Shown here: positions 44,190-57,749 of the stretch, piece after piece | Layout of the letters: each line of letters begins with the position of its first letter | Position numbering within the stretch: the first letter of the stretch is position 1 | Assembly (NCBI RefSeq): GCF_009914755.1 | Contig: NC_060926.1 | Length of the DNA: 64,000 bases | Direction: 5' to 3' (one strand) | Origin: the human T2T-CHM13v2.0 reference genome, Homo sapiens | The notes under the pieces: generated by a model | Seen by the model: only the letters and a program-made list of their open reading frames with translations | Told to the model about the DNA's origin: nothing | The model's database searches: none | Translations under genes and position numbers: made by a program

Positions 44190-45000
44190 AGGAAAAGTGA
44201 CTTACATTAACTTGCATTATAGGAGTAAATGGGTGAATAGGGTAAAAAACAGTAAAACAAAGGGATGGAAAATTGGGAAAGCCACCAAAAGCCTAGAAAG
44301 GCTTATGTGGTATAAAAATAACCACAGATCTTACAGACTAAACAGTAAAATTGCTCAGCTAATTCATATCTTACATTGAGTGACTTAAGTGAAGATAAGT
44401 TGATGGGAATAATTGACAAATGCACACAAAAATTAAGTCAGTACTCAAAACATTACAGAAATAGAAGGAAATTCAGGATTTGCAAAATTAAGATAAGTAA
44501 TTCCAGGAAAACCAACTAAAATGTACTTGGCTTGACAATAACACCATTTAGCTCTCACCAAGAGTGTAACTCAAATATGATGTGTGATTGAATTGTTGGC
44601 AAATGTTTGTCAAGTTCCTAATATCTAATGGCTACAGCATTGTGGTTGTGAGAGAATCAACTGGGCAGATGAGCCATGGAATTGTCAACCTATTGTCATC
44701 TTAACAGGAGTTTACTGAAGCAATCTAAATAACACTTCACTAGAAAGCTGCAGGTTCTGACTTGCAAATAATATAGTCCAAGAGCTCCCAATAACACGTG
44801 ACAGTAATGCAAGATGTTCCCTGCGAACACCATGTCAGTCAGACATAAAGGTTGATTCATGACATCTGGAAACAGCTGCCTTTTACTGAAAGACAAAGAA
44901 ATTTCAAATTGCATTAAATACAGCCTGCTAATATGCTTACCTTCCATCCACAAATCATTGGCAGACATTTGGGGCTGAGATTTCCTCACATTGTCACAAA
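44190..45000 (+). mobile_element. Putative ancient Gypsy-like LTR-retrotransposon pol relic (RNase H/integrase; MamGyp-int-like)
   Basis: Hand translation: LCGIKITTD (44303); one frame from 44497 gives VIP..HHLALTK..VCQ..WADEPW..LTG with internal stops; FHPQIIG at 44942. The order matches Gypsy RNase H, then integrase Zn-binding, then core. Confidence 0.45.
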
Positions 45001-45319
45001 AATTAGGTCAGAGTAATAAATAGAAAAGATGTTAGAATTTGGACAAGGAGGTAACAAGCAGATCCCCAAATAGGTCAAAAACAGCAAAGCCAATCAAAAC
45101 CATTTAGGACTGTGACTGTGGTTATCCAAAAGTGACAGGGTCTGGGAGTACATGTGGATGAACTGAACTATAACATTATTCTTGAAAGATTGTCTCCATT
45201 CAACAACATCAATATATATCACCCAGAAACCTACTATTAAATTAGTGTACTCCTGTCTCATCTAAATCTAGATCATTGCTAATTATACATGATGCTTTTT
45301 TCAGAGCTTAAATGTAGGA

Positions 45320-45505
45320 GTCAGGAATAACAGGATTCAAATATAGGCCCTTCAATGTGATGTTCCTAAAATACTTTTTTTTTTTCCCCACAAAGTCTAC
45401 TGTTTGTCATCTTTAGCATGGGAGATGCCAATGGTACCAACATCTTTGGATTATTATAAGGTTTGAATCAGATTAAAATCAGGCAATGCATGTAAAAGGG
45501 CTTTT
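45320..45505 (+). mobile_element. MIR relic
   Basis: GGAGTCAGGAATAACAGGATTCAAAT...GTTTGTCATCTTTAGCATGGGAGAT...AATGCATGTAAAAG. Confidence 0.55.
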
Positions 45506-45765
45506 TTTTTGCAGCTAAAATTCAAAGTCTGGCTGAGTAGAGAAATTTGTAGTGTGGTAGATGATGTGAATCCCAAGGTTTGCTTTTAGCAGATCTCTCT
45601 ACCATTTGATGAGTTGTCTAATAACAGGTTTTTTTTGCCATATAGAGAAGATTATTTGGAGGATTCTTATACCTACCATTCTTGAGGTATCTCCTTCCTA
45701 ACGCAAGTGTGCTGGCAATTATCTGGAACCTAATCAACTGGCTTTTTGTTTTCCTAGCTGCCACC

Positions 45766-46177
45766 ATGGCAGAGACTGCTAGATGCTCATCAAACCCATT
45801 TCCTCCTCCTACTGAGCATACAGTCAAATCCATTTCCCTTTTGTGGTCACGTAACTGTGTTCTAGCCAGAGAAATGTGAGAAGAAGTAGTATGCACTACT
45901 TCCAGGCCTGGCCTATAAAATCCTCCTACATGCATCTTCCCAGCTCCCTTCTCCTTTTGGCTTGTTAGAATGACATTGACTTTCATGATGGTTTGAAAGC
46001 ACATGCTGAATATAATAGAACCTGAACACAGAAGGAGCCTGGGCCCTTGATTCACTCCTTTGAGGCCAGCCACCCAACCAGGAATGCTAAATTGAACTAT
46101 TACATGACTTTAAGGTTCTAAGCCAATGAAATTTTGGGATTTGTCTGTTATATCAGTTAAGGTTGCCTGAAGTCACA
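45766..46177 (+). mobile_element. MaLR solo LTR (MLT1J-like)
   Basis: TGGCAGAGACTGCTAG...GTGGTCACGTAACTGTGTTCTAGCCA...CTACTTCCAGGCCTGGCCTATAAAA...GAAGGAGCCTGGGCCCTTGA...AAGCCAATGAAATTTTGGG. Confidence 0.75.
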
Positions 46178-47916
46178 TGGCTACCTAATGAAGATGTTGG
46201 GTTTGAAGAGCCTGATAGATAACACCTCTCTCCTCCTTGCCTGAATTCAGAGCCAAATGAAAGATCAACATTGGAGCCAGTCATATAGAAATCAAATGGC
46301 TGGCTTTAACCATTAAAAATGCAACCAAATGGGCTTGCTGATGTGCTCTGCTCCCTCCTTTACAGTCTTGACTATGGGAATGGCATTTTAAAAGCAGATG
46401 CACTCATCTAGGATTGTGGCATTATTCTGGTCCTAAAAAGAGGAGAAGAAAAGAGATCAAATTCTTAGGGTTCCTAAGAATTAATTCTCTCCTAACTACG
46501 AAATGTAGACCAATAGCTTTCACCTTCAATTGATGTGAACCATTTGTGAGTAAGGCTCGTGAGACCAGGACTATTACTCTGATAGTTATCTCTCTACATG
46601 CTAATGCAGGATTGAAGTTCATGTCTACAAACCAGTCAGTCCATGTCTACATGCCACACATGGTCTAAGGGGCACAATATGCATTTCTTTTGGAAGTCAC
46701 TTTGCCACCATGGCCTTTCCATGATTACTTTTAAACTATTAGAACCCTGCCCGCCCCCCGCCCCCTGCCCCAGTTTGGAATTCTTCATTTGAGAAAGTCA
46801 TTCCCTTCAATAAGCAGGCTGTTGCTGGGGGAGGAGGATGTTTGTAGAGCAGTGAGGAAGGGCATATACCTCAGTTTGCCAGACCAGCTGGATTAATCTT
46901 CAGAAATTAGGACATGGCACATCCAGGTCTGGCCCTTCATAGCTTGTCATATCTGCACAACCTGGGTGCTGATGGATTTTGTCATTTTCCTGGGGAGAAT
47001 TTTCCATCATACTTACGATTGATTTGGGTCATCATGCCCATTGCTTGTGTGCAAATTAGCTATTAATAAGGCCCCAAAGTCAGAATAGGTGATGAGATGT
47101 GTCACCCAGTCATGTGATAGAATGCAAATGTGATGTCACTCACACTTCTTAGAGGATCTGTCAGTTTTAAATCCTCCAGTTCTTTGTTTTGTTGCCAAAT
47201 GGAATGAACCATTATTACAGCTTTCAGCTGGGGGAGGTACCTTCAAATTAAAGGCTATCGTCCTAAACTAGTGACTATTTCAGAGACACTTGCATGGTCT
47301 ATTATAATTCTGCTGGTAGACTGAATCCATAAAGGAGAAAACTAAATAGCACTGACTTTGGCTTTAAGAGCAGACATCAGGACCAATTTAACTTTATAAG
47401 CCATTTGGTGTGCATGGGCAACTTTGAGTTCTCTGCCAGCTCAGAAGCACAGTGCTATAGCTATTAAATGGAATAAGAAACTTACAGGTGATGTACAGTT
47501 GAATTGGGGTATCAATAAATACAAGTCAATCCAAACAATAAGATCTAAATGATACTCCAGTCTGATGGCTAGATTGTGGTCAGGAAATTCAAATCTTTTG
47601 AGCTCAGAGGGAAAATGAGGAACTCATCAACATTTGAAATACCAGTGTTTCAGAAGAGCGAGGCACCCAAAAATAAAATAAAAATTGAATAAAACATTTA
47701 TTTATTTTTATTATTAATAACAGGCAAAATTTCAAAGCTCATGATATGAAAGGCACCTTAAATTCTAAAAAAGTCTACATGCTAGTTATTATTCTATTAC
47801 TTCACTTAAGTTTCATAACCATACAGAGAGGGAGAGAGAGAGGGGATATATTTGACATATGCAAGGAACAAAATGTGGGAATGTGTTTCTGTGTGCCAAT
47901 TCTCACTGGGTATTAC

Positions 47917-48921
47917 TGACACAGGATTTTTCTTGGTCACTTATCAGCTGGAGACCCCCAGCTGGTGACACCCTTGCCCAGGCCTTGCTCAGGCCTGGGT
48001 TTGCCACAGGAGATGCCCTGCCCACTAGGCCCAGTGGGCTGTACCTGACCTGCATTCCAGCATGGATCCCGCGGCTGCTGCGACTGCGTGCTTAGCCCCC
48101 AGCAAGAGGGGTTGTGTAAGTGAGGGAGTGTGGAGTCTGGCTGGCTGCTCCAAGTGCTGACATAGGGGCAGGCTCTGTGCAGTGCTTGTGGCCAGACCAA
48201 GCGTGTTGCAAGCCACTCTTATGGTAGACTCTGGTGTCCAGGAGAGGGGACTGTGGTGGTGCCCAGGCAGGAGTGCCCATGACCCTGAAGCCCCAGAGAG
48301 AGTGTTACAGCATGCTAATTAGCTCTTTTAGTCCCGTCATCCACAACCCAATGGACGGTGGCGTGTTAACAGCTCTGCCCTGTGGCAGAGGGCCATGGTG
48401 TTACAGTCTTCTCTATACCCACATTTTGGTAGGTCCCAAGCTCTTGTCCTGTGTCCAAGAAGGAGGAGGATACACTGACAATTAAAGGGTGAGGAGGGCA
48501 GAGAATAATTTTATTGAGTGAAGAACAGTTCTCAGGGGAGAGGGGACATGAGGCTGGTCTCCTACTTGACGTCGGGTGACTTCTCTTTCAATGTGGCTGG
48601 GTCCAGGGCTTTTATGGGCTTAGAATGGGGAGTGTGTGCTGATTGGTTTGTGAGTATGGAAAAAAGGTTAAAACAAAACTCAAAGGTGGGCATGACAGTA
48701 TAAAAACCAATTAGGGAAGGGTAGGTATATGTAAAATAGGTGAAGGGTGGGGACCAATCAGAGGAAACTGTGCCAAACCAGAAAAGAGGTTCTCAATCTG
48801 GTCCATGGATTTGACTTGTAGCTTAGTTTTCAGGCTTTGAACTGTCTTAGGCTTGAAGGTCAGGTTTCACCAGGGAGTTGCTCCTGTCTGCCTTGGATTT
48901 GTCTACCTCCTGTCACTATCA
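47917..48921 (-). mobile_element. ERV1-class solo LTR (~1.0 kb; LTR28/LTR1/MER52 group)
   Basis: Minus strand starts TGATAGTGACAGGAGGTAGACAAATCC...CCCTGGTGAAACCTGACCTTCAAGCC and ends CCTGTGTCA. Has CCAAT motifs, CATAAAA (~48610) and AATAAA (~48510). Imperfect 4-bp TSD TTAC/GTAC. Confidence 0.85.
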
Positions 48922-50074
48922 GTACAGGAGAGGCCAAAAGGCCCAACACAGGCCTTGAGGTCCCCAAGCAATTCCAGAGATTCCTGGGGAAAGGGTATGA
49001 TTCTCTGTGAATAAAAATGGCAAGGATCCTCTGTCCTACAGGCAGCAGAGTAAATGAAAGTCTGCAATTTGTTTTCTACACAGATTGCCAAATTGAATGC
49101 TTATTAAATTCAAGCATTTAGACATTGACCTGTATACATCACCACAAAACTATGTTCTGGACCTGGAAGTACAAAAGAAGCACTGACCATTTTTCCACAA
49201 TTTTATAGCTGAGTCAGGTTTAGAGAAGGTGCTCAAATGTTTTCAATTAGCTAAATAAATATTGGTTAAGATGAGCTAAAAATGACAGGCCGTAATGCAA
49301 TTATGGGAACTCAGAATAGGATGGTGTGGAAAACATTGGGTTGATATACTTGGATACAGGAGTACAGTAGCTAATGAGAACTATGCTTGAAATTGAGAAG
49401 TGCATCACTTTTTCTTATTGTTAAAGTGTATAGCTAAAGCTGTATAAGACAGAGTTTTAACTGGGATGGTAAGTGGATAACAGCGCACTAGACCATAAAA
49501 CAATATTTACAATAGCATAAGGCATGGGGAAACAATATGTTGAAACCATGTTTACATGTTGGGATCAACAGAACACAAGGTCTTTGGTTTATTTATTTTT
49601 TAAATGATTAAAGCAGTAGATATTATTGCTATTCAATATGCAGAAGTGTCCCAAGAACATATACAAGAAGATAAGAAAAGAAAGATGGATCAAACTGAGA
49701 CAAATTTGAAGATCACAGAAGTAAGGTAACTCATCGCTCTGGCCACCACGCTGACCTCCATGAGCCTTCCGGCCTTGGACACAGATGAGAAAGTCATGCC
49801 ATGTTGTCTCTTAACCACAGATAAGAGTCAGCCTCTGTTCTTTAAAGCCATGCTTCATGCGTTAATTTAAAGGGCTATAATTCCAGACATCTGAGACAAT
49901 TGGGAGATAGGATGCTAAAAAACAGTTCAATATAGTTCATGTCCACTTTGTTATAAAGTGATTCATGAGACCAGCTCAATCTGAAGTATAGAAATATGAA
50001 ATAATAATAGATCCCAGAATTTATAGGATGCCTTCACTCCCAAGCATATGAAATATCTTCATGTGTACTCTATT

Positions 50075-50225
50075 TGATTTAGGTTAATATTCTCTCTATT
50101 AGCTAATGTATGGACATGGAATAATTCCCGTTTAAGAGAGAGAAGAACAAAGACACAGAGAGATGAGGTGATTTACCCAGCACCTGGGTATCAAAAGTAG
50201 AACTAGAATTTTCCATTCACTAGCC
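50075..50225 (-). mobile_element. MIR relic
   Basis: ATAATTCCCGTTTAAGAGAGAGAAGAAC..AGACACAGAGAGATGAGGTGATTTACCCA. Confidence 0.5.
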
Positions 50226-51207
50226 ACTTCCCATAAATATGGATGGTCCAGATTCTAGTGGATTATCCGAGGGGTATCAAAAACACTGTAAATGGCCCAG
50301 TTTTTGTCTACTTCTTCATGATATTGCAATCCCTTTGCCAATGTGTGTCTTTTGACTAGAAACTTTCTTATCTCTAGTGAGAAAAACAGGACATTAAAGA
50401 GTTTCTGTGGAAGTCAAGGAAATCATTGGAGTTTTGTGGAAGGGAGGAGAATTAGGCTAATTGCTGCTCTGCCACTTTGGAAATGTTAAAAAATCAGTAG
50501 CAAAGGCTTATTTAAAGCTTAAAGGAAATAAAAGCAGGGCAGTAAGCCACCTGCTATGGCTGGGGGTACAAGGGCAGTAAATCCAGGAGGTGCTTTTCAT
50601 GTACGGTGTATAATTTGGTCCCTGACAGAGCTCGGATGAGGAATAGTCCTATATAACTATTGATCCACAGAGCTATCAGGGACATCATTTAACTTGATGG
50701 CTTGTGTTGGTCCCTTAGGATGTGGAGTCAGCTTTAACCTGCAAGGGAAAAAAAATTAAAGGTAAATGAAAAGAATAGAAGGGAAAAACCACGCAGAGTT
50801 TTCCGTACTCTCCCTTTTAATAAGATACATTTCCAAGTGACCCTCATTTTCAGCTGCCGTGGTATGTGTTGGCGTATTTCATTCATTCACCTATAGAATT
50901 ATATTCAGCAACGCCTATCACTCAATATCCTATTAGACATTTACAAATACATCATCGATACCTAGTCTTTGACAGTGATTGCAGCCTAGGAGACAAAGAC
51001 AAATAGGCCACCCCTGGCCACAATCAGTAGCAATCCCAGGCCAATGTGAGACTCCAAAGGGGGAAAATGGGATGCTGCCACTCAGTGGGAGGAGTCAGTT
51101 GCCTGTCAAACGTAGAGATGTCTCCTTTCATTGAGACCTTGCCATTCCTGGAACTGCAGAAGCTGATGTGTTTCAGGCTGTTGATCCAAGCCTGCGAATT
51201 CTTAGGT

Positions 51208-51392
51208 CAGGGGTGTCCAATCTTTTGGCTTCCCTTAATCACATTGGAAGAAGAATTGTCTTGGGCCACACATAAATACACTAACACTAATGATAGCTAA
51301 TGAGCTAAAAGAAAAAACTTACACAAAAAATCTCATAATATTTTAAGAAAATTTACAAATTTGTGTTGGGCTGCATTCAAAGCTAGCCTGGA
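51208..51392. mobile_element. hAT-Charlie MITE MER30, one end missing
   Basis: CAGGGGTGTCCAATCTTTTGGCTTCCC...CACATTGGAAGAAGAATTGTCTTGGGCCACACATAAATACACTAACACTAATGATAGCT. Confidence 0.9.
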
Positions 51393-51789
51393 TAGCCTTA
51401 CTTCATCCTTTTGGCCTAATTGTCTGGTGCTGCTGCTCCAGTTTGGGCCCTTTCCTCCCTTCTTTGACCACAGTTCAGACTGTCCTTCCAGTTATATTGC
51501 TTTCAGCTGCCTTTGGTAAATGTTCCATTTGGTCCTGGCCACATTCCGGAAATATAAACCACCACGTATGCTTTCAAGGAGGCAATGCCCCCTCTGACTT
51601 TACTTCCCACTAAGGGGATCGAACCACATATAATTTAAAGGCTAAAAGGACAAAACACTAATGCCAATTCTTTGCCAGTGTTTTGTTCATTTCTATCATT
51701 AACTCAAATACTTTATATGTAATCAACCCACAGTCATTACTCACTGTTGATGAGAAATAAGATGCCTGCGTATCATGTCTATTAACATG

Positions 51790-52940
51790 TACATCTCCCC
51801 AAGACTTAAGGTCCTGCAAGGTCAGGACAGTCTCTTGTAAAATTTTTTATTCCTTGAAGGTACACCTATAACAGATATTTTGGATTATTGAATCCAGAGA
51901 ATTTGTTTGTTGAAATGAAAAGGTTTATGTCTTGTATCTTCTAAACAGTGAAATCTCTGCTCCTTTAGGTATCTTGACTCAATGCTTTTTCAATTCTTCA
52001 TCCACTTCTCTGGCCTTCCTCAGCATTCTTCTTGCCCTGTCCTCAGCCTTCATAGTCTGGTGTGCTTCTGGGTCTGGTCTTGGCAGCCTTTTCAGCCCAC
52101 GTAATTTATCTGATGACACCCATATTTATAGATTGAGCCCGTCCTTTTCTGCTTTTCTATCAAAATGTCTAATGGACCTCTCTACTTGATTGTCATTAAA
52201 GAATTTCCAATAAAAATGCCCAAACCTATATTCATCAACTTCTCCCTCCTAAATCTTGTTACCTGCCTATATCCCCACTCTCAAATCAAACCCATCTCTC
52301 CCTTCCCACCTTCACCTGATACGGTCTCCTACTGGGTTCCTTGGCTTCAATTTGTTCCTCTTTTCCTCTTATGCTTACTTATGCTTAGAGTGATCATCCC
52401 AAAACACCAACAGATTAATTCATTTGTTCAATTCATACTGTTGAGCACCTGCTGTGCAGAAGGCACAAAATAACACAGTGGTGAATTAAGCAGACTTGAT
52501 CCCTATCTGCCCTTGGGGAGTTCATGCCACTTTTCTCATTAAACCCTTTGACGGCTTCCTTAGCTATGGGGCCAAAGTCCAACGTTTTACCTGGCCACAA
52601 AAGACCTTTCAAAAAGTGAACTTTCTCAATTCATCTTTAGCCACTACCCATTTACCTTCTGCTCTCCAATTATATACAACTACTTGCAGTTTTTCAAACA
52701 TGTTGTAATATTTCCCCCTCTGTTGACCTTTTAACTCCTCAAGATCCTGTTCATCATCTTCTTAGAGTTGATTTTTCTCTCTTTTTTTAATCATTACTGT
52801 ACCTTGTAATATTTCTACTTTTAGCACTGCAAAGCAGAATTTGTTTATATTTCTACCTCTCCAACTAAATTGTGACCTACTATGTCTCTTTATCGTATAC
52901 TTGGCATTTAGCATAATGTCTGGGATATAGTAGGGACATT
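51790..52940 (+). mobile_element. Cluster of L2 fragments (with an inverted L2 end near 52410-52520)
   Basis: Pyrimidine-rich L2 body (TGATGACACCCATATTTATA; AATGTCTAATGGACCTCTCTACTTGATTGTC) and 3' ends (TTTAGCATAATGTCTGGGATATAGTAGG). Confidence 0.6.
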
Positions 52941-53574
52941 TTATTTTAGAAAAAAAATTTACTTAAGCTAACTAACTCATGATTGTTCTTCAGAGAACTG
53001 CAAGCTTGATCCTAATGAATGAAAAAAAGTTCTAATTTTATCTCATAATAATAATAGACATTAAATATCATGTACTTAATTTATCAACTGGATAATATTC
53101 ATTAAGTGTCAGCAATCTGATGCTTATGAGACCTGATTTAGAAGTGAATAATGGTTGCCTGTTTTCATCTGAGTCTTTTAACACTATGATTTTCAAGTGT
53201 TAAAGATGTCAAACAAGGGCAGTTAATTAGATAAGCTGTTGATTTGAGACTACATGTGTCAGGATTTTCTAAGTTGTTCATCGATGATGGATTTACATCA
53301 TTTTATCAATAATTTAGGTTCCTACTCTGTATATCTTTCTGTCCAAGACAATAAAGAAGTAAAAAACAGTAGAAAGTATGGCTGCTGCTTGTAATGTATT
53401 TGGAGAAACATGATAAACCTAGGTCACAAGTAGATAGCATGATACATGAAATGAGAAATACTATACTTGAAAGCAAAAGACAAGTTCTAGTGGTTCATAC
53501 TGTAGTAGTGGTCCAAGAGACATGGGGCTCGGCCGGGAAGGCTTCTTAAAAGTTTCTAGTTGGTTCCTGCTCAT

Positions 53575-53697
53575 GGCGCTAGATAGACTAGACATGTTGA
53601 CAGTGGCTTCTGTTTACCTCTGTATTTTCAGTATCAAGCATAGTGCTCAGTATATAATAGAAGCTCAATGAATGCTGAATGAATGAATGAATGAATT
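53575..53697 (+). mobile_element. L2 3' end with (TGAA)n
   Basis: AAGCATAGTGCTCAGTATATAATAGAAGCTCAATGAATGCTGAATGAATGAATGAATGAAT. Confidence 0.7.
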
Positions 53698-53764
53698 AAC
53701 ATATTAGTGGTAAGTCAAGGACTAAGCCTTGAATATGAACAAAGTGTAAGCATTTAATTTCAAC

Positions 53765-54280
<516 letters not shown>

Positions 54281-55499
54281 GTCTAGGCAATGGGATTTCT
54301 GATAACTTACAGGGCAATATGAAGAACATGACTTTGAGAAATATCACAGATAAATAGCTGTGATATAGATGTATAGAATGGGCTGTGTTGGAGAAAGACT
54401 GGAGCCTCTGTGTGACTATGTGATTATGAGTGTATGTGGTTGTGGGTACAAGCAGAAAGGTTATTTTCACCTTGATTCCTGTAACACATAATTTTCATAT
54501 TTCTAAAGCCCGATTTTCTCTATTGCTGATAAGTTTCTAAAGAATGGGCACATTAGTTCTGAACACTTTTTGAATAAAAGTTTTGTTGTGTTGTTCGCTT
54601 CTCATAGAACCTTAGCAGGTGACTTTAGGATCAATCGATCAGGTGGACTGGCCTGAAGTGGATTCTCCCAAGAACCTTCTAAAGCTGGGAGTCCTCCAGA
54701 ACTGGCAGAAAGTGAATGTTTGTCAGCAGGTATAAACAACAGCCATGAGTGTGTTATTCAGAAGTTATCCATGCATTACTGAGGCCAGAAGTTGTGCTGT
54801 GGCAGAAGGAACCTACACTCTGACATATTAGGAAGTATGCACTTTACAGATTCTTACCGTATGCAGAAAGTCATAGCACATTTCATTTACAGGGTAGTCC
54901 TGCCAAAGTGTATGAGCTGTGTATAGGCATAGTCATAAAATGTTGCTCAAACAGAAGAGAAATTAAACACAAAGACTTACTTGTTTTTTTTCTCTTTCTC
55001 TCTATAGCTTTGACTTTGGAAACAATTTCTTTCCTTCCTAAATGGAATTGCTGCCAATTACACAGCACCATGGAAATTATCTAGTTAATATTAGAGAAAA
55101 TTAGCAGCCCATGTGATTGAACATAGAGAAGAGAGAAAGGCTGCTGTTCCTAGGGACTTGGGTAACTCTCATCTCTAAGATTTAGAGAACTTTGCACATT
55201 TAATATTTAGACAAGAAAATCTACTGAGGAATGACAGCAGTTCCAGGTTGCAGGACTGGGTTATATTGCTGGTTGAAGGTAAAATATTGTGAAACTAAGA
55301 ACAGTCATCTGAGCATGATAAGGGAGTATACTGGTGACTTGAGGATGTCTGACTACAGAATATGCATGTCTGATTTGAGAAGGTGGTGAGTTTATGCTTG
55401 GGCCATATTACTGCGTAGGAGCAGAAGGCTAGATAGCACTGAAGCTGCTCACTGTGGATGAATACAATCCTACACATCAGCGTAATTCTAAGGTGACTA

Positions 55500-55695
55500 T
55501 AATTGCAGCAGAAGTTAGGAGATCCAAATTCTAACTCAGAGAGTGCCCTGCTACTAATCTGTTTAGGACAAGTCACTTAACCTCTTAATGCCTCTGTTTC
55601 CTTATCTGTGAGATGGACAAAACACCTGCCCTGCATGTTTTACCTGATTTTTGTAAGGATAAGATGAGCTTTGCCTATGAAGGCACAGTACATGT
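55500..55695 (+). mobile_element. MIR
   Basis: GGACAAGTCACTTAACCTCTTAATGCCTCTGTTTCCTTATCTGTGAGATGG. Confidence 0.8.
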
Positions 55696-57019
55696 TGAGA
55701 CAAAGCTGGCCAACAGAACTTCCAAGTATATGGGTGGAAAAGAATAAAATATCTCAGTAGTAAAAATGGAAGACCTCAGGAAATGGAAGCAGCTGGGGAA
55801 TGCAGTGTGTGAGTATAAGGCATGCAGAATCTGGCACAAACAGGAAATTAACAGGAGGATGCATATGTTTGCATCAACAATATCTCTGTAAGTCGACCCC
55901 CCATACACACATACCATACTCTCACTAATCAGCAAAGGGAAGCAGGAGGTACCCAATGTAATCAGTGGCCAGTCTTGCCCAACTTGCTTCCATTTCAGCC
56001 CAGTTCATTTGGCTGTTGGCTCGGCTTCTGTGCTCTGGTCTTGGTATTTTAATGTGGCTCTCAGCTGGGCTCTGCATGTCCCTTCCAGGCATCCAGCTTG
56101 GGCTCATGGGGACTGGGATGGGTTCAACTTGTCCTCCTAATCAGAGAATTAAAAAGCACTACTGCAGTAATGTAGCTGTATCCCTAAGATTTTGTCATCT
56201 GTCTTTTGCTGTGGCAAAGAGGGAGTCCTAGTGGTCATTCATACTGGGTCTTTGAAGATAAAATGTTCTAAAATTGTGGCATGGTGCAAAATGGGAAGGA
56301 CATAGGGAGCATGGGCAGAGGAAGGAAGCAAAAACATGGAGGCATCCCTTGTTTTTCCGAGTTTTCAGGAAAAGAAAAGCAACATGCAGCTCCTGAGCAG
56401 GGAAGAAGCAACAGGAATAAACCTTTGGGGCACATACTGGACCTGAATCTTTGGTCTCTCCCTTGAGGCAAAAAGTAGCTACTCAGGGAAAAACAATGCA
56501 GTGTGGGAACTGTAATTATGAATTCAGTGAATGGATGCTATTTATAGTATACCATATTCTGCAGGCAGGGAGTTCAATATGAAGTTCAGAGCCACAGACA
56601 AATTGAATTTGGTGTGGAGGTTCTGTCAGGAGAAAAGGACTGCTGGAAGAATGTGGTGGGCTTTAACAGAGCAGGTTAGGGTCAGAGGCTCTGTTCATTC
56701 TATTCATAAATGAAAGAGTAAGTACAGAAAACACTATGACTTTGTTTAGGAGGATTTACTTGTGGTACCAGTTCCAGTAAAGCAGCTTGCTTTGAGGTTT
56801 GAACTTGGCAATATGAATGGGAAGTTGGGCTGTAGCAATTTGAAGGGTGGCTTCTCTACCTGCTAGGAAGTTTTAGGTTTTTTTTTTAAATTTAAGGTGG
56901 AAAAGTGGGTCATAACTGGAATGAAGGTAATCCAAAAGGTAAAAGGTAAAACTGGAAGCTAAGAAATCATTTATGCTTAGTAATGTGCCAGTAAGCCAAG
57001 TGGTTTGGTTATGGAAAGC

Positions 57020-57725
<706 letters not shown>

Positions 57726-57749
57726 TAGAAGAAGTAGGTAAGTGGAATG

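Noticed and set aside
45618-46073. 151-aa minus-strand ORF
   Set aside because: Mostly the antisense of an MLT1J-like LTR; no protein-like features.
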